A stretch of DNA of 63,585 nucleotides, counting the filler. It is 6 parts of 6 records of this genome, joined end to end, with 100 filler letters (N's around TTAATTAATTAA, not from the genome) between each part and the next. Parts side by side here need not be neighbours in the genome. Positions count along the whole stretch, not along the records: positions 42,514 to 55,903 come from SRR20825010_2550; positions 56,004 to 59,493 come from SRR20825010_2555; 4 more parts are not named here. One strand, 5' to 3'. The notes under the pieces are model-generated. The model saw only the letters and a list, made by a program, of their open reading frames with translations. It was not told the origin of the DNA and did not search any database. The translations under genes were made by a program, and so were the position numbers. Position 1 is the stretch's first letter; each line of letters opens with the position of its first letter. Shown here piece by piece: positions 45,151 to 56,034 of this stretch.

Positions 45151-45317
45151 ACTTGTAGGTTTTACGCCGTTTTTAAACATAACAGACTTTAAATTTTGCC
45201 GCCATTTTCGCGTTCTTCAGATTAGTTTCCTTTATTTTAAGGGAGTTGTGTCAGGTGCTTGTTAGAAAAACAGGTCAGAAAATAGTTCGACCTGATCAAT
45301 GCAATAAACAAATAAAG

Positions 45318-46325
45318 GTGCGATCATTACTACTACACGTCCTCTTTCTAATCACAGGAAGCGCAGCTCTTTTGGCTCAGGAAACAAAATACCTGGGAAG
45401 GGTTATCAGCTCCGATTCTCAAAAGCCTGTAAAGAATGCCACGATCACTGTCAAAGACAGTAGTTCCGCTACGTTCAGCAATTTTTTAGGCTACTTTGAA
45501 TTGACAGGTGAAAAAATGGAGGTCATTGTTTCTCACGTATCGTATGAAACGGTGATCATCACACTTAGTCCTGACAATCCCAAGATTCAGATTCCGATAG
45601 CTCCGAGTGTTTATCGTCTTAAGCCTTTGGATGATTTGGACCGATCGCTGGTTCAGAAGTTTGTATACAAAGAGGAGGTTTGGGCCAATGAGATGGATGG
45701 CCGGAAGACATACTCCCGTGTGGAAATGTTGGCTGATTTTCCGGGAGGGCTGAGGGAGTTTCACAAATACCTGGTAAATGATTTGATAGCCAATCGCGCT
45801 TCGCTGAAAGAATCCTTTTCATCTACCATTCAGTTTCGGGTCGACGAAGTTGGTGCTGTTGTTGTCGATTCAATTATCAATCCTCCTTTCTTCCCGGATT
45901 ATTTAATGAACCTTTTTAACAATAGTCCAAAATGGATTCCTGCATTTCAGAATAATCAGCCGGAAACGGTACATATGGAGCAAAAAATAGCCTACGATCC
46001 GGACGCAAATATTTGGGCTGTTGTGGAAGCCCCGCCGGAATACATCGGAGGATTATTGGCATTCTACGATTTTATCAAGGCCAATTTAAAGTACCCCTCT
46101 GAAGCCAAAAAGCAGGAAATTGAAGGCAAGGTTTATGTTTCGTTTCTGGTTGACAAAGGGGGGCAGCTCCAGAACATTTCCATTGACTCAGGTTTGGGTT
46201 ATGGGTGCGACGAGGAGGCCATGCGGGTGGTTTCCCTGACTTCCGGGCAGTGGGTGCCCGGTCAAACCAGAGGCCGCCCGGTTGAGGTCAAATTGGTTCT
46301 CCCCATTTCCTTCAAGAACCGTTAG
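45318..46325 (+). CDS. TonB-family protein: CarboxypepD_reg-like N-domain plus two TonB C-terminal domains
   Basis: GRVISSD..PVKNATI..SHVSYE; FPGG..WIPA; YPSEAKKQEIEGKVYVSF..GCDEEAMRV. Confidence 0.82.
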   Translation: MRSLLLHVLFLITGSAALLAQETKYLGRVISSDSQKPVKNATITVKDSSSATFSNFLGYFELTGEKMEVIVSHVSYETVIITLSPDNPKIQIPIAPSVYRLKPLDDLDRSLVQKFVYKEEVWANEMDGRKTYSRVEMLADFPGGLREFHKYLVNDLIANRASLKESFSSTIQFRVDEVGAVVVDSIINPPFFPDYLMNLFNNSPKWIPAFQNNQPETVHMEQKIAYDPDANIWAVVEAPPEYIGGLLAFYDFIKANLKYPSEAKKQEIEGKVYVSFLVDKGGQLQNISIDSGLGYGCDEEAMRVVSLTSGQWVPGQTRGRPVEVKLVLPISFKNR

Positions 46326-46396
46326 ACTTTCCTGAAGTTTTTGGGGTCGGTTTATTGGGGATTTTGTTAATTTTATTCAAATTAATTCACCGCAAC

Positions 46397-46789
46397 ATGG
46401 CCACCATTACCCAAATTTATTTCTTTCATGACATTGATCCGGATGAGGTCTATGAAGCATATATGAGCAGTAGCAAACACTCTGCCTTCACCGGTTCTGA
46501 CTGTGAATTGGCTACAAAAGTTGGTGGGTATTGTACTATGTACGACGGATATATTCAGGCAACAAACATAAAACTTGTTCCGGGAAAAACAATTGTCCAA
46601 ACCTGGCTGGCTGAAGAAGACGAATGGCCGGATGGACACCTGTCTACGATCCGGATTGAGTTAGCAGCTAAAGAAGACGGAACCCAGCTCACCTTTACGC
46701 ATACAGACGTACCCGATGCACTCGAAGACTCGCTGGCCAAAGGTTGGTTCGAATACTATTGGGAACCGATGGAAAGTTATTTCGGTTAG
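46397..46789 (+). CDS. SRPBCC/Aha1-like domain protein
   Basis: EVYEAY, KVGG..MYDG, IVQTW, GTQLTFTH, GWFEYYW. Confidence 0.88.
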   Translation: MATITQIYFFHDIDPDEVYEAYMSSSKHSAFTGSDCELATKVGGYCTMYDGYIQATNIKLVPGKTIVQTWLAEEDEWPDGHLSTIRIELAAKEDGTQLTFTHTDVPDALEDSLAKGWFEYYWEPMESYFG

Positions 46790-46805
46790 TTTTCGAAGGA
46801 ATAAA

Positions 46806-48350
46806 TCACGAAATCTTATCCGCCATCACATTGTAGATCGGGTCTTCGATGATGTTTACGTCAATTATTTCCTCCGCATTTTTAAGCAGCAATCGGCAGT
46901 CGGCACTGAGGTGTTTCAGGTGGATTTTCTTTCCTGCTTCGGCGTAGCGTTCCGTTAGTTTATTCAGCGCTTCAATTCCCGACATATCCGCAACGCGACT
47001 TTCTGCAAAGTCAATAATCACTTCATTTGGATCGTTTTGAACGTCAAATTTTTCCGTGAAGGCCGTAACCGATCCAAAGAACAGGGGGCCGAAAATCTCA
47101 TAATGTTTTACCCCAGCTTCATCAACAAACTTCCGTGCTCGGATCCTCTTCGCATTTTCCCAGGCAAAAACCAATGCCGAAATAATGACACCAATCAAAA
47201 CAGCTAAAGCGAGGTTGTGGAGCAACACCGTAATAAGCGCAACCAATACAATTACAATCACATCGTGTAGCGGCATCTTACCAAAGGTTTTTAGGCTGGC
47301 CCACTCGAAGGTTCCAATGGCCACCATAATCATCAGGCCCGTCAATGCCGCCATGGGCAGTTGTTCAATAAGGCTTGCTCCGAACATGATAAAAACGAGC
47401 AGCATAACCGCCGCTACGATACCAGAAAGTCGGGCTCTTGCCCCAGCTGAAATATTGATCAGACTCTGGCCGATCATGGCGCAACCACCCATCCCAGAAA
47501 ACAAGCCCGAGAGCACGTTGGCCGTGCCTTGCGCTACACATTCTTTATTGCCCCGTCCGCGTGTTTGCGTGATTTCGTCAATTAGATTTAGCGTAAGCAA
47601 ACTTTCAATCAAACCAACTCCGGCGATTATTAGGGAATAAGGAAAAATGATCTGAAGTGCTTCCCAGGTAAACGGAAGTTGTGGAATGTGAAATGGAGGA
47701 AATCCGCCTGAAATAGATGCGATATCGCCAACCGTTTTTGTATCTACATTGAAACCAATAACAATACCCGAAACAACAAGAATAGCCGTGAGCGAGGCGG
47801 GAATTACCTTCGTGATTTTCGGAAGCCCCCAAATGATGAGCATAGTAACGAAAACCAACCCGAGCATCATGAAGAGCTGCGAACCGGTCATCCATTCTAA
47901 AATTCCATCTGCATTTGTAAATTTAAATTGATCCAGTTGTGCCATGAATATGACAATGGCCAACCCGTTTACAAAACCGAACATTACAGGCTGTGGTACC
48001 AGACGGATGAATTTACCGAGCCGCAATAGACCTGCACCGATTTGCAGGATGCCAGCCAGAATAACTGCCGCAAAGATGTATTCCACGCCATGAGAGATCG
48101 CGAGGCTGACGATGACTACCGCCACTGCCCCTGTGGCCCCTGAGATCATGCCCGGACGGCCACCGAGTATGGAAGTGATCAGACCCATTACAAACGCAGC
48201 ATATAGGCCTGTCAATGGTGACAACCCGGCGATCAGAGCAAAAGCGATAGCTTCAGGAATTAAAGCGAGTGCCACGGTCAGTCCTGAAAGGATTTCGCTT
48301 TTGTAATCTACTTTTTGTTTCAGATCAAATAATTGGAAGTAGGCCTTCAT
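46806..48350 (-). CDS. SulP-family anion permease with STAS domain
   Basis: GLTVALALIPEAIAF, GGRPGMISGATG, GCAMIGQS, GPLFFGS. Confidence 0.93.
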   Translation of the reverse strand: MKAYFQLFDLKQKVDYKSEILSGLTVALALIPEAIAFALIAGLSPLTGLYAAFVMGLITSILGGRPGMISGATGAVAVVIVSLAISHGVEYIFAAVILAGILQIGAGLLRLGKFIRLVPQPVMFGFVNGLAIVIFMAQLDQFKFTNADGILEWMTGSQLFMMLGLVFVTMLIIWGLPKITKVIPASLTAILVVSGIVIGFNVDTKTVGDIASISGGFPPFHIPQLPFTWEALQIIFPYSLIIAGVGLIESLLTLNLIDEITQTRGRGNKECVAQGTANVLSGLFSGMGGCAMIGQSLINISAGARARLSGIVAAVMLLVFIMFGASLIEQLPMAALTGLMIMVAIGTFEWASLKTFGKMPLHDVIVIVLVALITVLLHNLALAVLIGVIISALVFAWENAKRIRARKFVDEAGVKHYEIFGPLFFGSVTAFTEKFDVQNDPNEVIIDFAESRVADMSGIEALNKLTERYAEAGKKIHLKHLSADCRLLLKNAEEIIDVNIIEDPIYNVMADKIS

Positions 48351-48620
48351 AAGATTTTGTGGATTAGGTTCTACCGGGGTAGCGGAACCGTATGAATTGG
48401 TTGAGGCCGCAAAGTTAGGTTTTTTATGATTGGATGAAAAGGATTGTGCCAAATGCCGCTGAACCATTGTATCTAGCTACCCACAAGAAATAATATGTAG
48501 GCACGACCGAAATGATCTTTGGATTTTCCTTTTAACCTCCGTTAGTGAAGCAATTATCTTTGGCCCATTTTTCACAAAGCCTACATTTTCTTCTACCTTC
48601 GCACTCTTAATTTTTAGCGC

Positions 48621-49928
48621 ATGCGACAGAAACTTTTACGTGAAGGAGCAAACGAACTGTCTTACGAGATACGAGGGATCGTTCGGAAGGCTGAGCAGCT
48701 TGAGTTGCTCGGATATCCTATCTATTGGGAAAATATTGGTGATCCGATTCAAAAAAACCGGAAGCTGCCAGCATGGATGAAGGAAATCCTGGCCGGGTTG
48801 CTTTACGAGGATGAGACGTATGGATACAGCCATTCTAAAGGTATGCTCCCAACGCGCAAGTTTCTAGCCGACCTTAACAATAAGCGGGGTGGCGTACAGA
48901 TCGAAGCTCAAGACATTACTTTTTTTAATGGTTTGGGGGACGCCATTCAGAAGATTTACCAGTACTTGTTGCCTACTTCTCGTGTAATCGGGCCGTCTCC
49001 CGCTTACTCAACGCATTCTTCGGCAGAGGCGGCACACGCCAACCATCACCCGATTACCTATAAACTCGACCCTGAGAATTCATGGTACCCGGACATGGAC
49101 GACTTGTATAATAAAATCAAGTTCAATCCGAATATCGTCGGTATCCTTATCATTAATCCCGATAATCCAACGGGTATGGTCTATCCACGAGAGATTTTAG
49201 AGCGAATGGTTGCCATTGCTAAGGAGTTTCATTTATTTCTGATCTGTGATGAAATCTACATGAACATCGTTTACAATGGAGCCAAAACGGTTACACTTGC
49301 CGAGGTAATTGGTGATGTTCCAGGGATTTCGTTGAAGGGGATTTCAAAAGAATTCCCATGGCCAGGAGCGCGATGTGGCTGGGCGGAATATTACAATGGC
49401 AGAAAAAATGATGAGTTTGCTCGCTTGTGCCAGACCATTGACAATGCCAAAATGATCGAGGTGAGCTCTACAAAATTACCTCAGCGGGCCATACCGAAAA
49501 TGATGCAGGATGCACGCTACCCTGGCTTCATTCAGGAAACCAATGACCGAATAGGTCAGCGAAGTGCCTTGCTTAATCAGGATTTTAAGGGTATCCCGTA
49601 TATCACATTTAACCAAACGAATGGTGCTTTTTATAACACCATGATTTTTAAGCCGGGTGTTTTGAATGCCAATCAAAAACTTCAGATTGAAGACCCGAAG
49701 GTTGCGAAGCTCCTGGAGGAGTGGCTGGATCAGAAAAATATGGCATTGGACAAGCGATTTGTTTATTATTTGCTTGCCGCAAAACAAGTGTGTATCGTAC
49801 CTATTTCATCCTTCTGCTCCGATTTGCTCGGTTTCCGAATCACCCTGCTCGAAGAAAATGAGGAGCTGCGAAAGGAAACTTTCAAGCGAATCAGAGACGG
49901 GATAATGGAGTATTGCCAATCGGCTTAA
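48621..49928 (+). CDS. PLP-dependent aminotransferase class I/II (AlaA-like)
   Basis: YEIRG, NIGDP, INPDNPTG, DEIY, GISKEFPWPGARCGW. Confidence 0.9.
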   Translation: MRQKLLREGANELSYEIRGIVRKAEQLELLGYPIYWENIGDPIQKNRKLPAWMKEILAGLLYEDETYGYSHSKGMLPTRKFLADLNNKRGGVQIEAQDITFFNGLGDAIQKIYQYLLPTSRVIGPSPAYSTHSSAEAAHANHHPITYKLDPENSWYPDMDDLYNKIKFNPNIVGILIINPDNPTGMVYPREILERMVAIAKEFHLFLICDEIYMNIVYNGAKTVTLAEVIGDVPGISLKGISKEFPWPGARCGWAEYYNGRKNDEFARLCQTIDNAKMIEVSSTKLPQRAIPKMMQDARYPGFIQETNDRIGQRSALLNQDFKGIPYITFNQTNGAFYNTMIFKPGVLNANQKLQIEDPKVAKLLEEWLDQKNMALDKRFVYYLLAAKQVCIVPISSFCSDLLGFRITLLEENEELRKETFKRIRDGIMEYCQSA

Positions 49929-52328
49929 TTATTCATACCTCAGAGCATTCACCGGATTTATCTGTGCCGACTTCAACGTTCTCAAGCTGGCAATAGTCAG
50001 GGAGATAACGACAATACTGAGCGCAGGAACCGTGAAAGTGATAATGTCCATCGCTTTGTAATAGGTAAAAATCGAAGCGATCATGGAGTCTATTAAGAAA
50101 TACCCCAAACCGACCCCAAGAATGGAAGAGACTAATAGCAGCGCAAAATAGTCTTTGTTGATGAGGTAAACGATATGTCCAAGGCTTCCTCCGAGTACTT
50201 TTCGGACGCCAATTTCTTTAATTCTTTTGATAAGGTTGATGGAAACCAGGGTGAACAATCCCAAGCTGGATAGTGTAAATGCAACAATTCCTAAAAAGCT
50301 AAAGATCATTGTGATGTTTTGATTCACCTCCTTCGCTTCCCGTAGCAAATCATCCTGATAAAAACCGGCGAAAATTTTATTCGGAATTTTGGAGTTCCAA
50401 TCCTGTTCCAGGTAGTCGTGCACCTCTTTCACATTTTGTAAGTTGACTTTTGCAATGAGATAACTATAGGTGCCATCGTCCTGAAATCTCAAACTTTTCA
50501 ATCGAATACCGACTGGATCTATTGATCCCCAAAAACCATACATATAGAAATTTTTAACAACCCCTACTACAGTTAGGGTTGTTGAATCGTTGATGGCCAC
50601 TCGTTTTCCAATAGGCTCTTTCCAGTCAAATGCTTCTGCCATTTTCTCATTTATCACGATGGAGTTTTGGCTGTCCGAAGCTTCAAGTTCTTTTGAAAAG
50701 GCCCTGCCCTGAACAATTTTTAATCCCATAGTTTCCAGGTAGCCAACCCCAACATCCAGCATACTGGCATTTACCTCCTGATCCTCGCTTTTTAACGTAA
50801 GTCCATAATCGCCATTTCCGATGTGGTTCTTGGCACTGGCTATTTGTTCTATATTCGGATTGGCATTCATAGAGGCCAGCGTTTTTTGGTATTGATCTTC
50901 ATTCAATAGGCTCACCCCTATAATCTGGTCCCTATTAAACCCCATGTCGAGGGTGTCCTGATAACGCGCGTTTTGGATGAAGGCAACACTGGCAAAGATG
51001 GCAATGACCGTAAAGGTGTATTGGCTGGCCAGAAGCACTTTAGTGAGGCGACCAGCCCCGCCAATACTCATGCTTCCTCGCAGGATTCGAACCGGTTCGT
51101 ATTTGCTGATATAAAGGGATGGGTAAAGCCCAGCCAATAACGTGGTGAAAATAAGTAGCAGAGCCAGGAAGATATATAATTGAATGTCCTGCGCCAGGTT
51201 CATTTCCAGCTCCATGCCCCCCCACATGGCGCTGTATATCGGTACCAAATAGGTGGCCATGGCAACAGATACCAAAATGGCCAGAAAGCAAACGGTCAGG
51301 TTCTCAGCCATGAACTGCATAATTAGCTGTCGTCGGCTACCACCCATAACTTTGCGTATGCCAATTTCTTTTAGCCTTCGATTCGACGTGGCAATGGCCG
51401 TATTCGTAAAGTTGAAACAGGCGACCAAAAGGATTAAAAGAGCCATTATCTGAGGTGTGAGTACTGCAGCAGTTGGCATGGCATCACGCAGGTTGTCCCA
51501 GCGAATGTCATTTGAGATGTGCGCGTGGTTGTTCATCGGGCTCAGCAAAAATTCCGAAACGACAAAGTCCGATCGCACGTCATTTTGTATCGACACATAT
51601 TTGGCCAAAAGTGGCTCGACTGTCTCCGCTCTTGCCGGATCGTTGAAATATAAAAAGGTGGCCTGTGCGAATGCGCCCCAGTTTCCTTTCACATTGTCGT
51701 CGTACATTCTGAAGCGGTTTTCAAAGCCAACGAGCATTTCGAAATGTACCGAAGAGTTTTGAGGGGCTTTTTGCACCACCCCCGAAATCACAAAATTGAA
51801 GCTCATACCCGTATCGTCAAACACCGTCAGCACCTTGCCGATTGGATCCTGATCCCCATAAAACTTCCGGGCATATTCCTGGGTGACAATGGCCTTATCC
51901 AAATCGTGGTACGCTGATAAGTTTCCGCTGATCAAGGGAAAGGTAAATGACTCCAAAAATCCGGGATCTGCGTAGGAAAGGCTTGTGTTGAATACTTTGT
52001 CCATGTTCACATCGCGCGCCGTAAACACGTGGCTTTCGAACCGGAAAACCCGATCGACACCTGCCAAGTCGTTTTTAATTGCCTCAGCCATCGGCATAGG
52101 CACCCTTCCGTATTCTCGAAAGTCTCCCTGGTTCTCTCTGAGGTTATGGATTTTATAGATGTGATCGATATTGGCATGGTTCTTATCAAAGTCCCAGTTA
52201 TTCTTGGAGTTGAGGTAGGCCACAATACAGCACGCCAGAGCCAAACCAAGCCCTAGAATATTGATTGACACAAAGACTTTGTTTTTGAGAAGGTTGCGGA
52301 GCGTGACTTTAAAGTAATTTTTGAACAT
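49929..52328 (-). CDS. MacB/FtsX-type ABC transporter permease (Bacteroidota duplicated form)
   Basis: MFKNYFKVTLRNL, two KEIGxRKVxGGS motifs, ends NPVNALRYE. Confidence 0.93.
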   Translation of the reverse strand: MFKNYFKVTLRNLLKNKVFVSINILGLGLALACCIVAYLNSKNNWDFDKNHANIDHIYKIHNLRENQGDFREYGRVPMPMAEAIKNDLAGVDRVFRFESHVFTARDVNMDKVFNTSLSYADPGFLESFTFPLISGNLSAYHDLDKAIVTQEYARKFYGDQDPIGKVLTVFDDTGMSFNFVISGVVQKAPQNSSVHFEMLVGFENRFRMYDDNVKGNWGAFAQATFLYFNDPARAETVEPLLAKYVSIQNDVRSDFVVSEFLLSPMNNHAHISNDIRWDNLRDAMPTAAVLTPQIMALLILLVACFNFTNTAIATSNRRLKEIGIRKVMGGSRRQLIMQFMAENLTVCFLAILVSVAMATYLVPIYSAMWGGMELEMNLAQDIQLYIFLALLLIFTTLLAGLYPSLYISKYEPVRILRGSMSIGGAGRLTKVLLASQYTFTVIAIFASVAFIQNARYQDTLDMGFNRDQIIGVSLLNEDQYQKTLASMNANPNIEQIASAKNHIGNGDYGLTLKSEDQEVNASMLDVGVGYLETMGLKIVQGRAFSKELEASDSQNSIVINEKMAEAFDWKEPIGKRVAINDSTTLTVVGVVKNFYMYGFWGSIDPVGIRLKSLRFQDDGTYSYLIAKVNLQNVKEVHDYLEQDWNSKIPNKIFAGFYQDDLLREAKEVNQNITMIFSFLGIVAFTLSSLGLFTLVSINLIKRIKEIGVRKVLGGSLGHIVYLINKDYFALLLVSSILGVGLGYFLIDSMIASIFTYYKAMDIITFTVPALSIVVISLTIASLRTLKSAQINPVNALRYE

Positions 52329-52743
52329 GTCGGCAGTAGTGGCTTTAGGTTTCGATGAATTTAGGAGAAGTCGATTCTGACCCTAGTTTATGGTTGAATG
52401 AAAGACTCGGAAAACTCCTATTGGTTGCATTTTCCGTTCATTTTAATTGCGTTTTGAATTAACTATCGAGGTTCAGTCAGCCAATAAGTATGCCAATGCA
52501 GAAAAGTATCAATTATGGCTATAATGGCTGTACTCAACCGCAAACTGGTGTTCGTTATTGAACTATGGTGTTGCGCAAATGGACAGAATAAGGGCTTAAA
52601 ATTTAAATCTGGGTACCACGTATTTTACCTCTTACGAGCTCAAACGAATCGAAAAAACCTGCGAGATCACTATCTGGAGTCATCTCAAATGTTCTATCAA
52701 CCGCTCTGGGGTTAGTCGATTTGTTTGCTATATGAGAAGGCAA

Positions 52744-53613
52744 TCAATCAAAAACAATCGTTCTGTTGCCGTAGACCAGGGCCTTGCGCTGAAGGTGGGT
52801 ATAGATGGCTCGGGAAAGCACGATTTTCTCCAAATCCTTTCCCTTACGCACCAGGTCAACCACAGAATCTTTGTGTGAAATTTTCACTACATCCTGCTCG
52901 ATGATTGGCCCGGCATCCAGGTCGGCCGTCACGTAGTGACTAGTCGCCCCGATGATCTTCACCCCTCGCTCGTGTGCCCGGTGGTAGGGTTTTGCTCCAG
53001 CAAAAGCCGGAAGGAAGGAGTGGTGGATATTGATGATTTTATTTGGAAAATGGCTGATAAAATCGTCACTCAATACTTGCATGTATCTGGCCAGCACGAT
53101 AAAATCAATTTTTAGCTTTTTCAGAAGGGCTATTTGTTGCGCTTCCATCTCTGCCTTGTTTTCTTTTGTTACATCAAAAAGAAAGAAGGGGATGTCGTAG
53201 CGATTTGCCACCTGCTCATGATCCCTGTGATTGGAAATAATGGCCGGAATTTCGATTTGCCATTCGCCAGAATAATGCCGGGAAAGAATATCGTTAAGAC
53301 AATGTGAGCTTTTCGAAACAAAAATCGCCATGCGTGGAAGCTTATCGGTGAAGTGCAGCTGCCAGGTCATTTCGTATTGGCTTGCCACTTCCGCTTCAAA
53401 AACAGACTTAATTTCCTCCTTAGGGATGTCGAATCCTTCCAAATCCCATTGTACGCGCATCAGGAAGATGCCATTTTCCTTTTCCACATGTTCGTCCAGA
53501 TCCACGATGTTACCATTGTGATTGGTGAGAAACTGCGTAATGATCGCTATCAGTCCTTTACGGTCGGAACAGTGAATAAGAAGTATTGCATTGAGCTTGG
53601 AGTAATCCGTCAT
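52744..53613 (-). CDS. purU: Formyltetrahydrofolate deformylase
   Basis: ACT N-domain, LARYMQ, INIHHSFLPAF, GATSHYVT, GPIIEQ. Confidence 0.96.
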   Translation of the reverse strand: MTDYSKLNAILLIHCSDRKGLIAIITQFLTNHNGNIVDLDEHVEKENGIFLMRVQWDLEGFDIPKEEIKSVFEAEVASQYEMTWQLHFTDKLPRMAIFVSKSSHCLNDILSRHYSGEWQIEIPAIISNHRDHEQVANRYDIPFFLFDVTKENKAEMEAQQIALLKKLKIDFIVLARYMQVLSDDFISHFPNKIINIHHSFLPAFAGAKPYHRAHERGVKIIGATSHYVTADLDAGPIIEQDVVKISHKDSVVDLVRKGKDLEKIVLSRAIYTHLQRKALVYGNRTIVFD

Positions 53614-53765
53614 TTTTTCCGTGTTTCGAAATCTTGCGCAAATTAATGATAATTGAAATTACGAAGGGACATGAATCGTAAGCTTTCAACTAATTTAAGT
53701 AACGTTGTGTCTAAGGGTAATCCGGCCTACATGTAACGGAGCAGATCATACATTTTAAATTGATT

Positions 53766-54344
53766 ATGAAATCCAAAGTAATTTTCACCTGTATTCTAAT
53801 TGCTGCTTTGCATCTTTTCGCTTTGCTACCTTCCTGTGATTTGTTTGGGGGATGTGGCGACACTGTGAACATTGAAGCACCTGTAGACCATGCTGTTTTG
53901 TTTGCATACTCCTTGAATTACATTGAAAACTCCGGAATACTGAAGGAATTCCCTCTTGACAGAAGAAACTTAAGAATTTCCATTGGACTTGCCACCAGTG
54001 ATACCATAGATTTATATACCCAATTGCCCCGCTCGTTCTTTGTGAGTTCGGTTTTGGCTCTTGACTGTGCAGATCCTATTCTGAGACTTACTGAGCACAT
54101 TGAGCACATCGAAATCTGGCAACTCTCGGAGAAACCCGAGGAGCTAACGAGCAGTTTTTTAGTGGACGATTTTAGTGGCGATTTATATCAAGAGTTAGGG
54201 GTTTATCTGCAGCAAGAGGAACGGTTCTCATTAAATCTGGTCTATAAAGACAGTCTACTTAATGGTGAAGTCTCACTCTTGATAAAAACGCAGCTGAGCG
54301 ATCAACGCGTTTTTTCTGACACCCTAGAAATCATTTTGAAATGA
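53766..54344 (+). CDS. Hypothetical lipoprotein
   Basis: Signal with LLPS-C; overlaps the next ORF by 4 nt. Confidence 0.65.
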   Translation: MKSKVIFTCILIAALHLFALLPSCDLFGGCGDTVNIEAPVDHAVLFAYSLNYIENSGILKEFPLDRRNLRISIGLATSDTIDLYTQLPRSFFVSSVLALDCADPILRLTEHIEHIEIWQLSEKPEELTSSFLVDDFSGDLYQELGVYLQQEERFSLNLVYKDSLLNGEVSLLIKTQLSDQRVFSDTLEIILK

Positions 54345-55111
54345 AATATTTTCTGCTAGCTGTGTCCTGTCTGAGCTTGTATTGTGCCAATGGTCAAAGC
54401 AACTATACCATGAGTTATTATGTGGATCGGGTAGTAAAATACAATTCTGTGCCTACATATAGTGCCGAGGAGGTACTGTACCGACGAGATGAATATGTTC
54501 GGTTTCAGGGGAACAAATGGATATCTGAAAAGGATCAAATATGTGCTTGGATTGATTTTGATATTGGATGGTCAGTTTCCAATCTTGAAATTGGATATAA
54601 GCGTCTTTTTCAGGGGCTCAGTTCCGGTGTTTTTTTCAGACGAAATACATTCTATTGTTTCGATTATGAAAATTATCCTGATGATTATGAAAATCAACCT
54701 ATTATTAATCAAGCGGGTTTGAGCTTGGGGTATGGGCAGGAGCGCAGATTTTTTTCGTACCAAATCAGTCCCCAAATTACAATAGGACATGATTCGAAAT
54801 GGAAAACTTTTGATCGTACTGAATACACGGATTCCAACTTTCGCGCATTAAATGAGGAGGTTTTTCAAATTCGAAATTTCCGAACAGCAGGTATAGAGAT
54901 TCAGCTGAGCCTTCGATTAATAAATCGCGAAAAATGGAATTTCGGGATAAGTTATCAGTGCACTGCGCGTAGAGACTTTTATGATTTTGCCAACAAGTCA
55001 AGCAGGTATGAATGGAGCAGGCAGGAAGTTGTAAGATCGGATAGCTATGTGAATAAGCATCGATACGACCGTATTCAAAATCACTTTGGGTTTGTGTTAC
55101 GAATTCCCTGA
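54341..55111 (+). CDS. Hypothetical secreted/outer-membrane beta-barrel-like protein
   Basis: Signal peptide; aromatic amphipathic strands; C-terminal FGFVLRIP. Confidence 0.6.
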   Translation: MKYFLLAVSCLSLYCANGQSNYTMSYYVDRVVKYNSVPTYSAEEVLYRRDEYVRFQGNKWISEKDQICAWIDFDIGWSVSNLEIGYKRLFQGLSSGVFFRRNTFYCFDYENYPDDYENQPIINQAGLSLGYGQERRFFSYQISPQITIGHDSKWKTFDRTEYTDSNFRALNEEVFQIRNFRTAGIEIQLSLRLINREKWNFGISYQCTARRDFYDFANKSSRYEWSRQEVVRSDSYVNKHRYDRIQNHFGFVLRIP

Positions 55112-55116
55112 GGTGC

Positions 55117-55716
55117 TCACAAATTAGGCAACTTCCATTTAAACACAACCGCCAGTATCCTGAAAGTGATGATAAATGAAGCCGTGCAAATGACGTTGAC
55201 TTCTGTGGACAAACCCGAATAGATTAGGAGTACATAGAGAACACCACCGAAAATACAGGTGAGAGCGTAAATTTCCTTTCGAAAAATCAACGGGATTTCA
55301 TTGCAAACGATATCGCGAATTACCCCACCAAAAACGGCTGATACCATTCCCATGAGGATGCTGATAAACGGTGAAATGCCAATATCCAGACTTTTTTGCA
55401 GACCTAATATGGTGAATACGGCGATTCCGATGGTGTCGAACAAGAAAAACGTGCGGCGAAGTTTCTGTAGTTTTTGTTTGAAGATCAAAGCGAGGGTTAT
55501 GCCAAGCATGATCATGATGAGGTAAAGGGAGTTGTTCATCCAGGCCACCGGAGTACTCCCAATGAGCACATCACGCAGGGTGCCACCACCCAGGGCGGTA
55601 ATAAATGCCACCGCGGAGATCCCGAAAACATCTAGTTTCTTTTCGTAGGCCGTCATAGCACCACTGATAGCAAAAACCATAGTGCCTAGAATGTCGATGA
55701 GATAGAGAATGTTCAC
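55117..55716 (-). CDS. TRIC/YadS (UPF0126) family membrane protein
   Basis: FAISGA, TALGGGTLRDVL, FDTIG, FGGVIRDI, EIYA. Confidence 0.92.
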   Translation of the reverse strand: MNILYLIDILGTMVFAISGAMTAYEKKLDVFGISAVAFITALGGGTLRDVLIGSTPVAWMNNSLYLIMIMLGITLALIFKQKLQKLRRTFFLFDTIGIAVFTILGLQKSLDIGISPFISILMGMVSAVFGGVIRDIVCNEIPLIFRKEIYALTCIFGGVLYVLLIYSGLSTEVNVICTASFIITFRILAVVFKWKLPNL

Positions 55717-55903
55717 TTTCTTGGGGTTTGTGCGAAAGTAAGGTGTTTAGGGCTGTTTGAGAAAAATGATGTTCCTTTTCAACCCCTAGAACTTGGTTCT
55801 TGCAGAATTGTTTTCAGAATTTCCGTCACCTCATGCGATCTATCGTACACCATAAAATGACTGCCTCCTTCGATGATATAAGTGTGGGGACTTGACCATT
55901 GAC

Positions 55904-56003
55904 NNNNNNNNNNNNNNNNNNNNNNNNNNNNNNNNNNNNNNNNNNNNTTAATTAATTAANNNNNNNNNNNNNNNNNNNNNNNNNNNNNNNNNNNNNNNNN
56001 NNN
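55904..56003. other. Artificial contig spacer
   Basis: 44 N + TTAATTAATTAA + 44 N. Confidence 0.99.
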
Positions 56004-56034
56004 ATCCCGCAGCCCTTCAGGAAGGAGGCGCTGG

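Noticed and set aside
49929-52328. ABC permease lacking an adjacent ATPase
   Set aside because: Orphan MacB-like permease paralogs are common in Bacteroidota
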